Source: Thelocarpon superellum
Taxonomy: Eukaryota
Direction: 5' to 3'
Assembly: GCA_026025795.1 (NCBI GenBank)
Contig: JAPEUG010000103.1
Span: 1-46,148 of the forward strand
DNA: 46,148 nt
The position numbers and the translations under genes are program-made. Below are positions 22,911 through 34,030 of this stretch, piece after piece (position 1 is the first letter of the stretch; each line of letters starts with the position of its first letter). The notes below the pieces were generated by a model. That model did no database searches, had not been told where the DNA came from, and saw nothing but the letters and a program-made list of their open reading frames with translations.

Positions 22911-24700
22911 ATGGTGTATCACGGCCCAAGTCTGGGATGCCAGACATGCAAAGCTCGTCGGATCAAGGTGCGCCCACCGCGTCCTCCACGCCCGACCTGG
23001 CCCATGATGTCAGGCCACGGACCCGCGACTGACCAGGGTCGGACGATCCACGCGGCAGTGCGATCGGGCGCGGCCGACATGCACGCCCTGTCGGAAGTCT
23101 CGCCGGACTTGTCTAGGCTACCGAGATCAGGGCGATGTGATCTTCCGAGACGAGACTCATGCCACACGGACGAAGGCGGAGCGTGCCACGTCGTCGCTCG
23201 TCGCGTCGTCGCCCCGCCCATCCCCGGCCGTGGAGGTGGCCCGGAGCGGAGACTGCGGGCTTTGGATCTCGCGCTACCTACCCCAGCCAGTGGAGTTGCA
23301 GGCCACGTCGCTCTTCGTGTACAACTATGTGCAGCCGCCGCAGGCGTTGCAGTCTAACAGCAGCCACGTGCATTGTCTGGTGGGATTGGTGGCCAGGGAA
23401 GCGCCGGATTCCCACCTCTCCCGCGCGATGCTGGCCATCTCCATTGCCTTCATGAGCAACGTCGTTCGTCAGCCATCGCTGATGGTGAGAGCGAACACGG
23501 AATACGGCCGAGCGCTGGCCTTGACCAACACCGCCCTGGCGCACCCCATCGAGGCCACGACGGATCGGACCCTCCTGACCGTGTTGCTGCTGACCATGTT
23601 CGTGGTGCGTCTTTCCTCGCGTGCCGGCATCCCGGGGTGCCTGACCGCCGACGGGCCTGACCCCGATGATGCGTAGGTGATTGCCTCTCCGAACGACACG
23701 GTGGCCGGCCACAAGGCGGAAGACTCCCACATCGACGGGGTGGCGGCGCTGATCAAGCTGCGAGGCAAGGCGCGACTCCGCACCCCGGTGGAGGCGAAAT
23801 TGTTCGACATGGCGCGAGGAAATTTGGTAGGCCGGCTCGAGGTCTCGGAAGCACGGGAAGGGTGGTCCTGCTGACATGGCCACGAGGCAGGTCATGAGCT
23901 ACCTCTCGCGGGGCAAGGCCATTGATTTCTTGACGGACATGATGGACGAGCTGCCCGTCGATGACGCCGTCAACGATCAGCTCGGGAGGCTCACCATGGA
24001 ACTGCCCAATCTGCGCGCAGCCGCCGAAGGGCTCGTCAAGGTCCCCAATCCACTCGTGCGTTTGACCAAAGCCGTTCAGATCCTGGGGGATGTGGTCGCC
24101 TTGGACCAGCGCCTGGTCCGCTGGTCTCAATCAGTGCCGGCGGCATGGGCCCGCCAGACCGTGCAACATGTCGTGGACCGACCCGCCACCCCACCGGAGA
24201 CGTGGGCTTTCTACCCTGGGGACGTCGACGTCTACCAGGACCTTTGGGTCGCCGACAGCTGGAATACCTACCGGTGGGCGCGCCTCGTCACCGGGCGAAT
24301 GATGGTGCGCATTGTGGCCAGGCTTCGTGGCATCGTGCCGGCCTTCTGCCTGCCCGCGGTCGGCTCGCCGCTCGAAGTCGTGCTGGAGCTGGTCAACGAG
24401 ATCTGCGCCTCGGTACCCTTCATCCTTGGCTATGCTACGCGCGCGATGGAGAAGGAGGACTCCGGCGTCAACGCGCTCGGAGGCTATTTCCTCCTCACTC
24501 CCCTGGCTGTCGCCTGTTCCGTGGATGAGGTCTCTGAGGCGCAGCGACGCTGGCTGCGCGGGCGTCTCACTCACATCAGCCGACAGATGGGCATCAATCG
24601 AGCCGCGGCCCTAGTCGAGGTGAGTTACTGTCTAGTCCCGGGTGTTTGTCGGGTTACTTACTAATCATGGTGTTTGTGGGCGTCGAAGGAGCTTCCGTGA
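22911..24700 (+). CDS. Zn(II)2Cys6 transcription factor with a fungal-specific (DUF3468/Fungal_trans_2-like) domain
   Basis: Exons 22911-22967, 23059-23604, 23677-23826, 23891-24619, 24689-24700. MVYHGPSLGCQTCKARRIK|CDRARPTCTPCRKSRRTCLGYRD, YGRALALTNTAL, HIDGVAALIKLRG, WNTYRWARL, EICASVPFILG. Confidence 0.93.
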
Positions 24701-25064
24701 AATTTGACGAATAAATAATTCCGTGGATAAATCATTATTTAATTTTATAATTCATCCCGCTCGGTAGACCGCAAGGGGCAGAGGAACAGCGGTGGGACAG
24801 CAGTTTCTACGGCATTACTCGTAGACTTGCATTGTTCCCCTCTCCTCTGTAAGTGACAACGTAGTACGCAGGTCGTTGACATCCTTGTTCACAGCGGCGC
24901 GCCCCTCATGCAGGTCTTGCCGCCCGGGCCCGAGAACCTTAGGCCGTGACAGTCATCAGCCACACTGTCTCCTAGTCACCTATGGGCCCCCGTTTTGATT
25001 GGAGTAACTCGCCCGCGTTACTGACCTTCTTCATGCGACCAAAACTTCACATGAAGGGTTCACA

Positions 25065-26359
25065 TCATCCCCGGAAATAACCCTGGCTCGGTCTTGATGG
25101 CTTCCCTTGAAGTGTCGGCCGGCAGGACGCACACGCTGTCATGTGGCAGCTCGGACAGGTGAGGATCCATTGTCGGTAGTATCGGCCACATAACCCGCAC
25201 GTTGCAGGACCATCTTGACGTGGCCAAAATCCCTGGTGAAGGCAGTCCCTCGCACTCCCACCAGCCGTCGTATTCTGCCACTCGTGTGCCGTGCGTTCGT
25301 TGGTATGTCGACCGAAGGGAGAATGCCAGGTTCCCTCGTTTTCTCGAGCCGTTCCGGCACGCTCTCGTGCTCTCCTCCCTGCTTCTCTTCTGGCTCGGTC
25401 GCGCTCCTCTTGCTGGCGTTGCCCTTCACGAAAGAACTCTTCTGCGCGGACTTTTTCGTCGCGCGCTGCCTGCTCTCTTGCTTTGGCCGTCCTTTCTTCC
25501 TGTTGAGCCACTTGCTCCATATGCTCCCGTTGCTGCTTTGCTCTTGCTCTACTCGCTCTTTCTTTCTCATCTCTTGCATCCTGTTCTTCAAGTTCTTGTC
25601 TTCTCCGGGAGAGTGCCTCCACCTCTCCTTGCATCACTTGCAACTTTCTCCTCTCCTGTTTCAGCCGCTCCTCTCGAATTCTTCCAGTTGCGCTTGCCTG
25701 GAGTCTTTCCTTTTCCATTCGGAGCTTGCTGTTGGCGGTGGCAGCCTTGCCCGATGTCAACGAAGCCAAATATCCCCACCATCCTCCAGAGTTCTGAATC
25801 CTCTCGGACGCCTCCTTCTCAACCCTGACCGATTCATGGACCTGTCGCTCCAACTCCCTCGTTTTTCGTTCCACTTTTTGCATCTCGAACATCTTGTCGC
25901 GTTCCTCGGCAGCCAACTGCTGCTTCCGAACACTTCGCGCTCGGCTCTCCCTTTGTCTGATCTCCTCCCATGCTCTCTCAGCTCGGTCCTCTGTGCTCTC
26001 GGCTCGCGGCTTGGTATGTCCATCGTGCCGACTTCCTGGAGGGGCTTTCCGGTCCCCGTTGGTCCATTGGAACGAGACATCGTACCTCTTTCGCTTCTCA
26101 GGGTCGCGAAGTACATCGAACGCTTCTCTCAGCTGTAGTAAATGTCTGTCAGCGCTCTATCTGACCCTTTATGAATCAATTGAGTCGACAGAGCCAGATT
26201 TACCTCGCGGAACGCGGCGCCAGCACGAGGATTGCCCAGATCCTTATCAGGATGGCGTAGAAGCGCCAGCCTGTTGAATGCCTTTTTGATCTCAGCAAGA
26301 CTCGCTGACAGGCTGATTTCCAAAACAGCGTAGTGGTCGGGCTGCGTTGCACCACTCAT
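25065..26359 (-). CDS. J-domain (DnaJ type III) protein with long coiled coil and C-terminal Cys-rich domain, about 407 aa
   Basis: Exons 26359-26204 and 26132-25065, in frame without stops. DHYAVLEI..IKKAFNRLALLRHPDK..FRE|LREAFDVLRDPEKRKRYD; E/R/Q-rich coil; CLHQGFW..CGLC..CPSC..CASC. Confidence 0.88.
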
Positions 26360-26988
26360 GTTGGGCGGAAGGGTCACGTCAAAGCGGTCTTCTGGCTCTT
26401 ACCATCCAAAGCCGGTCATGATCTCCCCTGGCGATTGATCCAGGCAGCAGTTGCTACCTCGGTATCGGCGCTTATATTAACTGAGTATCAGTATAGCCGT
26501 TGGCGTCCAATGAGCTTTTGTTCAACACTGGCAGCCTCATTCCATACGTGCATATGCGAGGCTGTGTCTTCGCACGCTTTGAAGACAAGGTACGCTCTCT
26601 GCAGCACGCCGATAACCGAGCAGCTCTCATCTGTAGTGGTAGCAGACACCAGCCAAGACGGAGGACCACCGTGACTTGAATAGCAAGTTGGAGATCAACT
26701 GGGCCTCGTGGAAGCTGATGCAACGGTGTGTGGCCATTGTGAAGCTTGTCTCGTACGAGTCAGGCACAAAACCACTTCCCAGCCTTTCTCGAGCAGATGT
26801 CGGTTTGGCGAGCGGCTTCGAAGGGTGCTTCGTACTGGTGCGATTACGGAGGCCCCCCTGTTATACGGTGGTCACAGTACGGAGTAGCTCGAGCTCCAGT
26901 ACTGCACGGGTGCCCCCAACATCAAGGGGGATATCCCAGGGTCTAGCGATAAGGGAGCCTCGCTTGCTGCTGCGGAGTTATTGCGAGG

Positions 26989-27031
26989 ACTACTAGTAGT
27001 ACTAGTAGTACTACTAGTAGTACTACTAGTA
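26989..27031. repeat. Array of self-complementary ACTACTAGTAGT units
   Basis: actactagtagt-actagtagt-actactagtagt-actactagta; the 12-mer is its own reverse complement. Confidence 0.9.
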
Positions 27032-27293
27032 TGAGTACTTCGTACCATTACAGTGTAGCGGCGCGCTACGACTGCAACCGCGCCGTGGAAGGTGCTGCCT
27101 CCGCCTGGTGCACTATGGTCGCGCTCGCACCGTGACCGGCGGCTACGGAGCCTCGTCGAGCAGCAAGCCTCTGTCAGAAGTACAAAGACGAGGCTGGAGG
27201 ACACGCATCCAGATCCCAATATTCAGATCCCCAAATCCACGGGAGCGGTCTCCGAAAGCCAACCATCCTTCCAAACAGTCCAATGACACGCCG

Positions 27294-28780
27294 ATGAGTG
27301 CCGCGACGGTTCCAGCATCGACGGGGGATGCTGGTCGTGGTGGTGTTCAGCAGCCGTGGCGCTTTGAATTCGGGGACCTCAAGCACGAGCTGGACTCGAT
27401 GGTCGACCTCTTGGCTTCTTACTATCGCTCTCCTGCAGAGCTTCTTCTGAACTTTGTAGAACACAGATCTCATGTCACATTGAAATATTCGTCGCTCATC
27501 CCTCCAAACGTGTTGCAAAGCGCTAAAGCGCTAAACAAGCTCGAGGGTTTCTTGGTCGCGGCCTCAAGAAGAAGCAGCGCAATTCGCGACCTACTGACGG
27601 AGAACCCCCTTCGTTCATATGTTGAGGAGTTGCAAGTGGATGCCTATCGCACAGAACCTACGATATCGGGGATTGCAAGCCACGTCGTGCGGTGCGAGCG
27701 CCAGACCAAGGAACTTCACGAGCTCCTTTTCTTGAAGCCAAACATCTTGAACTTTGCCCTGGATGGAAATGAAGAAATGAAGCTCTGTCGCACTGCGGGG
27801 GGGACTGGGTACTTTCAAATTCTGGAGATACCTCGGAGCTTGTTGCGACAGGCAGAAAGCATAGCAGGGTGTCTCGAGAGAGTGGAGGGCGAATACTTGA
27901 AGTAAGTATCCACTTCTCCTGACCGACTCTATAGCCGGCGTCACTCTCTTCTCTGGCACCTGTTGAGTCATGGACGGTGTGCAGAATCGCCGGTCAGCAT
28001 TCTGAGCTATCTGCGCTCCGTCTGGCAAAGAGCGACCTCGAAGCCCGCCTGGCCCAAATCGCCCAGGACCACGCCACGGAGACGGAGAGCGTGAAGCGGA
28101 GCCACGCGGCGGAGATGGAAAGCTTGAAAGACAGCAACCGGAACCTCAAGACCGAGCTCATCGCCGCAAAGGGCTTCAGTGGTCTTCCTGCCGAATGGGA
28201 CGGCCGCCAACTGGCCGATCTGACCGCACGGCGCGCGCCCAGAGACGAGGAGGATGCATATGCAGACTCGGCAGATATCGCCCATGCGGATGCCGATGCG
28301 CATGCGGGCTTGGATCTGGACGCAGCCTCATCCTCTCTCGAGCTCATCCCGGTGGCCGCTTCTCGCCAGCGCCGGAACAACATCTCTGGCTACGGCCCTG
28401 GCCCTGGCGTTGCTATCGGCGGCGAACGGGTGCATGGACCTGGCTCCGTCGCCATCACGGTGGCAGCGTCGACCAGACCACCAGCAGCGCTATCACGGAG
28501 ATCGAAACCGACAGCCAAATCTCCCTTCTTGGCCGCGGCGTTGAGCGCTTTCCGCCAGTTTTTCTACACGGACAATGGAGCCCGCGGCCCGCAGCAGTTT
28601 CGCTTCTGCTATATCCTGATCCTCGTCGGCGCCATCATCACGGCCGTCACGCTGGCGGTGGGATTCGTCGCCCAGGACGGCTGGACGATCGCGGCCGTCA
28701 ACGTCGCCGTTGGCGCCTTGCTCTTGATCCTTCTCACTCGTGGTCACTATGCCCACTGTCGCTGCTGGGACTTTGGATGA
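27294..28780 (+). CDS. Hypothetical protein: helical N-terminal domain, coiled coil and two C-terminal TM helices, about 467 aa
   Basis: Exons 27294-27901 and 27985-28780 joined in frame by GTAAGT...GTGCAG. Heptads in LSALRLAKSDLEARLAQIAQ..LKDSNRNLKTEL; C-terminus ILILVGAIITAVTLAVGFV / IAAVNVAVGALLLILL / HYAHCRCW. Confidence 0.65.
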
Positions 28781-28997
28781 CGGTTGACGTATGACGGATG
28801 ACGGATGATGTGTCTGTTATGCCCCATATGTACCATCGTTCGGTATATACAAGACCGTGACCTTCTTTCACGGCGATGATCCCCATGCACTCCAGTGCTT
28901 CAGCCCCAACGAGCTCATTCCAGCCGGGAAAGTATCGGGTCCTACGTACAGAGAGACGATGGCATTGTCACCTGTTGCGCACCAACCCAGTGGAGAG

Positions 28998-30379
28998 TCA
29001 GCCTTTGCATCTTCCCCTGACCAGGGCGGTCCGGAGATTGAAGGAAGCGGAAGACGAACCGGTGTCGGTGGGGGCGTCAAACGTGACATTTCCCCCCTGA
29101 GACCCCGATGCACATTTCGACACCACGTCGCCAAAGGAAGTGACCAGGTCTGCCCATGCAACGTTCACGTCCTTGTCCGTGATCGCGACGAAGCCGCATC
29201 CTGTTCCTCTCCCTCTCCCGTCAGCTCAGCTCAGCTCCGCTCAGCACGCGATGAGAGGCTCTGGTCAGGGTCCAAGAGGCCAAGAGCCCCGGTAGGTCAG
29301 GGGGAAGAGACACCCACCTAGCCCCTGGGTCTGGTTCAATTCAGTGCTGGCGAACAATGTGACGTTGTGGTCGGTAGGAAGCGCGACCTTGAGGGCATCA
29401 CATTCCGTTTCATTGACCTGCTCGGCGTTGCATGTCATCGACCGGTATTGAGCTCCCGGCGGTCGCTCCGGTGGGTAGAACCTATTTCCCATCCGTTCAG
29501 GGTTTATGGCAGCTGCCTGCCGATACTGTGCGTGCATCTCGTTCGAGTCGGCCAGGATCTTCCTGACCTCGGCCTTGACATCGCGCGTCAGGCGATTGAC
29601 GCTAACTCTCCTCTTCTTGGGGCGATCCCCTTTGTAGCTCATCAACGTGAAGGAGAGCAGCTGATGCGAGTCGTCTGCCCATTCGGAGTCACGGTCAGCG
29701 TTGACGGGGGCGGGAGAAGAGACGTGGCTTACCCCGCAGGCTGTTTGTGCCGGTCGTCAGGTTGAGATTGAGGCCAACGGTGGAGTAGCCGCCGATTTGA
29801 TTAAGTCGGGCGCACTTATGTAGCAGGAATCCGGTGATATTGCGAAGCTTGACTGGATCGACGACGATGGTCTGCTCCGGGGCATGGACGATGGCTAGGC
29901 TCATGACCAAGAACGAATCCTTCACCCCGGGGCTGGTGTACAAAGGGCCTATGGAACGCGAAGACATGAGTGTGATTCCGGGACAAGGGAGAAGGAGAAG
30001 GCCGGGGGGTGGTATGGGCTTGAGATCATTGGGGCTCAGGCTTGGTACAGGAGCATTCCGGCCCAGAGGAGGCTCCGGGCGGAATGCGCATGCACAAGAT
30101 TCACCTACCCACGTGTGACTCGACCGGAAATTCCGCCCGATTCATTGACAATGGCTCTATGACGAGAGGCGAGCTCCAAGGAAAGCGCGCGGCGGCGCTC
30201 CAGGCCACCCCGGCAGAGATGGCTTGACCAAAAATCTCATCGCACACTTGCAATTCCGATTCGTCAAACGTGTTGGGGAATTGGACGGATGTCACCGGCC
30301 ACAATATGGCGAAGATGACGGAGAAGATGCCCGCGAAACCTGGCCATCGTGCGTGACGATGATGGCACGACGGCCCCAT
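28998..30379 (-). CDS. Probably secreted protein with two related Cys-containing domains, about 348 aa
   Basis: Hand-assembled exons 30379-30109, 29948-29733, 29674-29318, 29200-28998; all three GT-AG introns are phase 1 and the total of 1047 nt is stop-free until the TGA. Hydrophobic leader FAGIFSVIFAILWPVTS; LLHKCARLNQIGG and VVSKCASGSQGG motifs. Confidence 0.65.
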
Positions 30380-31361
30380 GGTTCCAACAGAAGCCGTTCG
30401 GCCAGAGAAGCAACGAGAGGTCTGTCGCTCCCGCAGCCTCTGCGCCCGAACGGCCCCGGCCACTCTTATACGGCATCGGCATCTTTCTCCATTGAGACGC
30501 ATGAAACGTGTTTCGCGCGGAAAACGGTGCAATGCCTGTGAGAGCCGGTGTGATGTAGTGCGCGCCACCGACTCATGCTGGTCTCACGCCAGCAGCATGC
30601 GAGGGAGCATTACGCAGGGAGCAGGGAGCAGCGTGCGTGCCAAGGCAACTTTTTACGAGATGGATTCGCCCACTGGATGGGGGTGACAATTCCATTACGA
30701 TGAAAGCGAATCTAGCAGCGTTTGCTGCCACCATGACGAATGGCGAGGCCGCTGGTCGTGACCGTGAGTGGTGGTCCTCAGGAGGATCCCTGGCCGTGAA
30801 CTCAGTCGGTGCAGCCCGACCGACAAGGTGGAGTGAGGTCTGTGGTCGTCCGCCGCCTTCGCTTAGGCACAGATGTAAGCACTGCCGCAGATCGTGCTTG
30901 GCGGAGCGGTAGAGTTTCAATGGAAAGGCCTCGTCAATGTTCCTGCAGCACAACGGCCAGGTCAATGGCAAAGCGACCTCCACAATGGCATGACGCACAG
31001 TTTCGGGCATGATGTCTGTGCGCAAAGAGCGAGGCCTGGGGCTTCTGCTACGGTCCGCGCTGCGTTGCACCCACGTTCTGCCGTCCCATGCGCGTTGTGG
31101 CTTTCCCACCACGGTCGCCGCAGTGGCCATGCCGTTCCCATCACCACACTTCGTACGCTTACAGGAACGTCAGGTCAACCGTCGGTCCAACCGGAGCTTC
31201 ATTACATCGAGCCGGAGGCGTTGCGGCAGAGAGGCGCACAGACAGGGTCTGGTGAGGCGTATTGCTACGAGTCATACGCTGGGAGCTACAATAAAGCGCC
31301 GAGAGCCGCAACAGCCGCGGGTGTAAACCCTGCTTAGCCTGCGACCGGGCCATGTCTCCTC

Positions 31362-34030
31362 CTAGCGATGCGACGCTCGAGCCACGCCCTCCAAATATCC
31401 AAGCAAGAAGCCCTTGTCGGCGTGCGTGATGGGCGTCTGCGACCGGGCGGGCACAACTGGCGCCTTGCTCCGCTCGCGATCGCTCGCGCTCGTTGACGTC
31501 GTGAGGCTGCTGATGCGGGATCGTGGATGCTCCCCCGCGTTGACGTCGCCCTGCGTGAGTCTCGTCGTCGTGGCCGTCGTGGCCGTCGTGGCCGTCGTGT
31601 GTGGGAGCGCAATGGCGCCCGCTCCGATCGGTACGGTCGGGATGGGCGAGACGAGGGGTGTGGCAGCCAAGGCGACCGGCGAGGCTTTGCTGAACAGTGA
31701 GAGGAGCGCTTGTTTGTGTTCGGCCGACTGGCTTCCTCGCCGGTCGAACGAGAGTGGCCGCGGCATCGTCGAGATGGCGACGGTGGGCGTTGCCGGAGGC
31801 GACGGTCGACGGAGCGCCGAGGGCGCGAAGGCTTTCGGCCCGCTTCCGTCTACCCTCTCGGCCGACGAGGCGAAAGTTGCATGAGGACGGGGAGTGTGGA
31901 TGCCGTTATCGGGAGGTTGGGACGCATGCAGCCATGGGAGCACCGAGCTGAACGCGGCCCCCTGCAACGTCGGTTCTGCGGGTGCCGAGGGCAGGTCATG
32001 GCCCGGAGAGGGGGCTACGCTCCGTGGCATGGAAAGGCCTGGGCTCGGGGCGACGCGAAACGCAAGCCCCGGCGGCGGGCTCTGCAGGGCCGAGAGCTCG
32101 ACCGCGATGGCACCCGGAGCCTGCCCAGCGAGCGCCTCTCTCCCCTGCAGCGCATGGGGCGTGGGCCGGACCGGTGGCACCACCAGCTTCTGGCGGCGCT
32201 GGATGCCGGAGCCACTGACGTCCACAAGCTCGGGAGCATTCGAGAATCCGCGACGAGTCAAAGGGGGTTTGACCGGTCGCACATCAGCCGACGAGGCTTC
32301 CACAGGCTCCAGGGCCCCTGCGGTGCTGACCTCGATGTCCATCTCACGTGAATTCCCATTTTGCTTGAAGGCGTTCAACAACGCCAGTGAATGGCTGGTC
32401 AACTTGGGTAGGGGAAGCTTCGATGCGGACGGAACAACGGGGGCATGGCCCATGGGGCCAGATGGTAGCTCTGGCTCGGCCTGGCCATTCGCGCCTTCTG
32501 GTCGCGATGGACCAGGGCCAAAAGGAAACAGAGATCGAGGCGGCGGTGCGCCTGATACGCCCAGGTGCTGGGACTGTGGCTGAGGGGGCTGCAACGGCTG
32601 AATGTTGGCAGTCGAAGGATAGATGGGCGGGTGTCGAGGCATGTGGGCGGGTACTCTGTGAGGAGGATGTGATGGTATGGCACCTTGAGGCGGAGGTGGA
32701 AGCTGTGAGGGACGAGACGGGTACGGGTGTGGGTGAGGGCGTGGGTGACGTGATTGGGACGGATGCGGGACGTGACTGTTCGCCTTCGTCTCCGCAGTCT
32801 TCGTCTCCGTAGCCTCGAGCGAATCTTGCACCGGCAGAGGGTTCGCAGGAGGGCCTGCGGAGCCCTTTCGTAACAACGCAAGGAGCGCATTGGACTTGGC
32901 CTCGTTCGAGAGCTCTGGTGCCAGAGGACCAGGTGAGGCGAGGCTTGGGCCATCTCGCACGCTCAAGAGACGTTTGAGACGTGTCGACGGGTCTTCCTCA
33001 TCCACCAACGCCCCCTTCGATCCGTTGCTTCCGCCAGCACGCGCCACGTCGGCCGGCGCGTGACCCAAGCGAGGATCGCGCCGAGGCTCGTGGCCTAGCT
33101 CTTCTTCCGTGGACACGTCCTCGACATCGTACGCGGCCACAGCCAGATGCGTGCTGCCGGAGGGCACATGGTGGCTGCTCCGTTGTCGCGCGATCCATTT
33201 CTTCAGCGGAACCAGAAAGGGCGCGACCATGTAGAACTTGTTGGCGTTGATGGCTAGATCGTTCTCCTGCTGCTGCTTGGACTTTTTGAAGGTCGGCAGG
33301 TTGGCCAGACGGTGCCACTGGATCTTGCTGATCTCTTTGCGCGTACGTGGCTCGAAGAAGGTGTCCATGGGCACCCCCCGGAAGACGTACAGACGCATGT
33401 TCTGCTCGCGCATGGTGATCTCGATGAATTTATGGTCCTCATCCTCCTTGGCTAGCCCCGCCGCCACGAGATCGTAGCCCGTCTCCTCGAAGACCTCGCG
33501 CACGGCGCAATCGAGGTCCTTCTCGTCCTTGTTGATCTTGCCGCGAGGAAAGCTCCAGTGTGCGCCCTTCTTCCATCCCTTGACCAAGACCACCTGATCC
33601 ATGGCCTCGTTCAGCATGATGGCACCACGCACAGGCACGCGCGTCTTGTACGCGAGGAACTCAGAGAAAGCCGTCAGGTGGTGGTACTGCGAGAAGTCCG
33701 CCAGCAGGGGGCAGTGTTGGAAGATGCGCAGGCAGAAGGCACGCAGCGAGAGGGAAGGGAGCGACGGGTCGAGCGGGCGGATGAAGTCCTCGTAGAACCA
33801 TTGCGCTTCCTCGACCTGGAAGCAGATGCGTTCCACCGACTCGAGCTCTTCTTGCGGCAGGTTGATGATGAAGCGGACACAGAGGTCGTCGAACCCTGCC
33901 GGCACGCGTCAATAGCCACCTGGCAAGTAGGCCGTCTCCGCAGAGCTTGGGGAAGAGAGGATGAATGGCTGCGTGGGGGGAGCGTCGTCCATCACCTACA
34001 GTCTTCGAGTCGTATCTTCGGGTCTGTCAT
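31362..34030 (-). CDS. DCP2: mRNA decapping enzyme catalytic subunit Dcp2
   Basis: Exons 34030-34000 and 33895-31362 give MTDPKIRLEDWFDDLCVRFIINLP. Box A EEAQWFYEDF, Nudix box GKINKDEKDLDCAVREVFEETG, long disordered tail with Leu-rich motifs (ALLALLR, LALLNAF, ALLSLF). Confidence 0.97.

Noticed and set aside
30573..31337. ORFs of 185 aa (minus) and 147 aa (plus) between the secreted protein gene and DCP2
   Set aside because: No domain motifs or evident codon bias; treated as intergenic.
31555..31600. (GGCCGTCGT)3 repeat
   Set aside because: Encodes a low-complexity TTA repeat in the disordered Dcp2 tail.
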